Positions 32,496 to 34,962 of a DNA stretch of 34,962 bases are shown here, piece after piece. Origin of the DNA: Bdellovibrionales bacterium (GTDB lineage: Bacteria > Patescibacteriota > Patescibacteriia > UBA9570 > XYC2-FULL-38-9); contig JBIIKE010000002.1 of assembly GCA_044233365.1 (NCBI GenBank), positions 1 through 34,962 on the forward strand, written 5' to 3'. The translations under genes were made by a program, and so were the position numbers. Position 1 is the stretch's first letter. The number at the start of each line of letters is the position of its first letter. The notes beneath the pieces are model-generated. The model did not search any database. It had not been told where the DNA came from and saw only the letters and a program-made list of their open reading frames with translations.

Positions 32496-34962
32496 ATGCA
32501 GTCAGTTGATTTATTTTCTGGTTTGAATGATGCGCAAAAGACAGCGGTTTCAGCTGGTGCTGAGCCGCTGTTGATTATTGCTGGCGCCGGGACTGGAAAG
32601 ACAACGGTGATTACGCGACGCATTGCGCATTTGATTTTGGAAGAAACCATTCGACCAGAAGAAATTTTGGCACTGACATTTACAGATAAAGCCGCCGGTG
32701 AAATGCAGGACCGGGTTGAGCAGCTGTTGCCGATTGGGTATGTTGATTTATGGATTTCGACCTTCCATGCATTTTGTGAACGGGTCTTGCGCGAACATGC
32801 ATTGGATATTGGTTTGCCGCATGATTTTCGATTGCTGTCTGAAAATGAACAGTCGATTTTGCTCAGGAATAATATCGACAAATTAGACTTAGAGTATTAT
32901 CGCCCAAAAGGCAATCCAACGAAATTTGTTGGTGCACTGATTTCTCATTTTAGTCGATTGAAAGATGAAGACATTACGCCTGAGCAGTATTTGGCGTATG
33001 CTGAAGACTTGCAGCTGCTCACAGATGAAGAAGTGGGGAGTGCTCCTGGAAAAAGTCCAAGGAAAGCAGCGGAAAAAAAACCACAGCGCAAGCAACTCAC
33101 GCTTGGTGTGCCGAAAACCGAAGACGAAAAAGAGGCATTGCGGCAAGAAGCACAAAGAGTTTCTGAAGTTGCGCGAGCGTATCATTTGTATCAGCAACTC
33201 TTGCGTGATGCGGGTGCATTAGATTTTGGTGATTTAATTGTTGAAACGATTCATTTATTTCAGCAGCGCCCAGCAATTTTGCAGAAATATCAAGAGCAGT
33301 TTAAATACGTTGTTGTAGACGAATTTCAAGACACGAATATCGCGCAATATGATTTGGTAAAACTTCTTGCTGCCCCAACAAATTGCATCACAGTTGTGGC
33401 AGACGATGACCAATCGATTTATAGTTTTCGCGGCGCAAGCATGAGTAATATTCTCATGTTTAAAAAAGAATTTCCGACGGCGCGCGAAGTGTCACTAACA
33501 GAAAATTATCGCTCGCGTCAGGAAATTTTGGATTTGGCCCACAACTTCATCAAACACAACGATCCGAATCGACTTGAAGCAACACTCAAAATTGATAAAA
33601 AATTGCATAGCAACACAGACGGCAAAGCCGTGATTGAACATTTGCATAGTGAATCCTTGGAAGGTGAGGCACATTTGGTGATGCAAAAGATTGTAGATTT
33701 GAAAAAAGCTGACCCTGATTTACCGTGGAGCGAGATTGCAATTTTGGTTCGTGCGAATGACCATGCCGAAGTGTTTATCCCATATTTAGAGCGAGTAGAT
33801 ATTCCATATCAGTTCCTCGCGTTTCAAGGTTTATTTGTAAAACCGCTGATTCTCGATATCATCGCGACGCTCAAGTTGGTAGATAATTATCATGAATCAC
33901 GAGCGTTTTATCGGTATCTGAATATTCCGGTGTGGCAGATTTCACACGACGATATTATGCTGCTGCTTGAGCATACAAAAAAACAAACAGTGTCATTGTA
34001 TCAGGCGTGTCGAAATAGCGCGGCCATTTCAGGCCTGTCGCCAACTGGTGTTGAGCAGATTGGGAAAGCGCTGAGTTTGCTCGATTCGCTTGCACTAAAG
34101 TCAAAGACTGCGACCGTTGGTGAAGTGTTGCTCGAATTTCTTGAGCAGTCACAGTATTTGAAATACATCACTGCACATGATCGCGCCGATGCTGAAGAGC
34201 TAACGATGTATTTGAAGCAGTTTTATGACTATGTGTTGCAGTTTGAAAAAGGCGCGCTTGAAAAATCGGTTCGCAATTTCATGTTAGAATTTCAGATGAT
34301 TATTGATTCAGGTGATTTTGGTCGACTGCAATCTAGTGGTATTGATGCAGAAAGTGGTCCAGATACGGTGAAAATTATGACAGTGCATGCGAGTAAGGGG
34401 TTAGAATTTGAACATGTGTTTATTGTGAATTTGGTTGATAAACGGTTTCCATCGATTGGTCGCCGTGATCCAATTGCAGTTCCGGATGCGCTGATTCGTG
34501 ACATTGTTCCAGAAGGGAATCATCATATTGAAGAAGAGCGCCGACTGTTTTATGTCGCGCTGACTCGCGCGAAGCAAGGTCTGTATTTAACCAGTGGCGA
34601 AAATTATGGTGGCGCACGCAAGAAAAAGCCTTCTCAATTTTTAGTTGAGTGTGGATTTACTGAAACCAAGCCGCAACCAACAGGCGATGTGTTGTTTGGC
34701 GTCGAGCAGGCGCCGTTTCAAAGCAGCTCAACTGAATTGCAACGGCTGCTTCCGCATACGTTCAGCTTTAGTCAGCTGCAAGCGTATGAAACCTGCCCGT
34801 GGCAATATCGGTTTGCGTTTTTACTCGGTGTGCCAGTGCCCGGGAAACCAAGTGCGTCGTTTGGTCGATCAATGCATTCAGCGCTCTACGAATTTTTCCG
34901 TCGCGGCCGTGAGCGCACAGAAAATCCGCAAGGCGATTTGTTTGGTGCAGAGCAAGCAAGTG
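32496..34962 (+). CDS. UvrD/PcrA/AddA-type superfamily 1 helicase fused to a C-terminal PD-(D/E)XK (RecB/Cas4-like) nuclease region; 3-prime partial
   Basis: This gene is not in the supplied ORF track because it lacks a stop inside the window. I translated it by hand from ATG 32496 (GAGGG sits 9 nt upstream) and found no in-frame stop to 34962. The helicase motifs are AGAGTGKTTV (I), VVVDEFQDTN (II), VADDDQSIYSFRGA (III), LTENYRS (IV), TVHASKGLEFEHVFIV (V) and RRLFYVALTRAK (VI). They are followed by FSFSQLQAYETCPWQYRF, which is typical of the start of a RecB-family nuclease domain. Confidence 0.9.
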   Translation, partial: MQSVDLFSGLNDAQKTAVSAGAEPLLIIAGAGTGKTTVITRRIAHLILEETIRPEEILALTFTDKAAGEMQDRVEQLLPIGYVDLWISTFHAFCERVLREHALDIGLPHDFRLLSENEQSILLRNNIDKLDLEYYRPKGNPTKFVGALISHFSRLKDEDITPEQYLAYAEDLQLLTDEEVGSAPGKSPRKAAEKKPQRKQLTLGVPKTEDEKEALRQEAQRVSEVARAYHLYQQLLRDAGALDFGDLIVETIHLFQQRPAILQKYQEQFKYVVVDEFQDTNIAQYDLVKLLAAPTNCITVVADDDQSIYSFRGASMSNILMFKKEFPTAREVSLTENYRSRQEILDLAHNFIKHNDPNRLEATLKIDKKLHSNTDGKAVIEHLHSESLEGEAHLVMQKIVDLKKADPDLPWSEIAILVRANDHAEVFIPYLERVDIPYQFLAFQGLFVKPLILDIIATLKLVDNYHESRAFYRYLNIPVWQISHDDIMLLLEHTKKQTVSLYQACRNSAAISGLSPTGVEQIGKALSLLDSLALKSKTATVGEVLLEFLEQSQYLKYITAHDRADAEELTMYLKQFYDYVLQFEKGALEKSVRNFMLEFQMIIDSGDFGRLQSSGIDAESGPDTVKIMTVHASKGLEFEHVFIVNLVDKRFPSIGRRDPIAVPDALIRDIVPEGNHHIEEERRLFYVALTRAKQGLYLTSGENYGGARKKKPSQFLVECGFTETKPQPTGDVLFGVEQAPFQSSSTELQRLLPHTFSFSQLQAYETCPWQYRFAFLLGVPVPGKPSASFGRSMHSALYEFFRRGRERTENPQGDLFGAEQAS

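Noticed and set aside
32477-32881. A 134-aa minus-strand ORF at the start of the last 2.5 kb.
   Set aside because: It lies antisense to the N-terminal P-loop region of the hand-translated UvrD-type helicase, whose motifs are unambiguous.
1-34962. An alternative genetic code (UGA recoding, as in some CPR lineages), CRISPR arrays, or transposase/integrase/IS elements.
   Set aside because: Several well-conserved genes end at TGA at the expected length (murC 3549-3551, the antiporter 19606-19608, the LbH gene 28967-28969). I found no regularly spaced direct repeats. I recognised no recombinase or transposase motifs in any frame of the ORF track.

Overview
This is a gene-dense, moderately AT-rich bacterial window with about 30 protein genes. 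All are on the plus strand except a mutY-like gene and one small ORF. The content is mostly housekeeping: a 5-prime-partial dcw cluster (ftsW-murG-murC-murB), hpf, secA, a MacAB-type efflux module coupled to a DD-carboxypeptidase, and a SpoU/TrmH methyltransferase. It continues with an EamA-GH1-GH(clan A)-Kef block, glyQS, an M16 peptidase, an AI-2E transporter, metG, cvpA, tatD, rmuC and a stand-alone LbH protein. The last operon holds three uncharacterised proteins and a UvrD-type helicase fused to a PD-(D/E)XK nuclease. That helicase runs off the 3-prime edge and is missing from the supplied ORF track. The gene set, tight packing and many orphan membrane proteins are reminiscent of a reduced-genome lineage such as CPR/Patescibacteria, but that is inference only. 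I saw no rRNA, tRNA, CRISPR array, transposase or integrase. Six things are worth a second look:
1. A ~400-nt GC-rich island (4465-4865) carries a complete minus-strand promoter-SD-75-codon ORF-terminator cassette at the point where the dcw cluster breaks off.
2. A ~100-nt GC-rich extended hairpin lies in the tatD-rmuC spacer.
3. The orphan operon at 28971-34962 has an A9 tract in its promoter spacer.
4. A His-rich HEXXH protein is wedged into the hpf-secA pair.
5. The MutY-like protein has a non-NUDIX C-terminus.
6. Extended -10 boxes recur at a spacing that predicts leaderless mRNAs.
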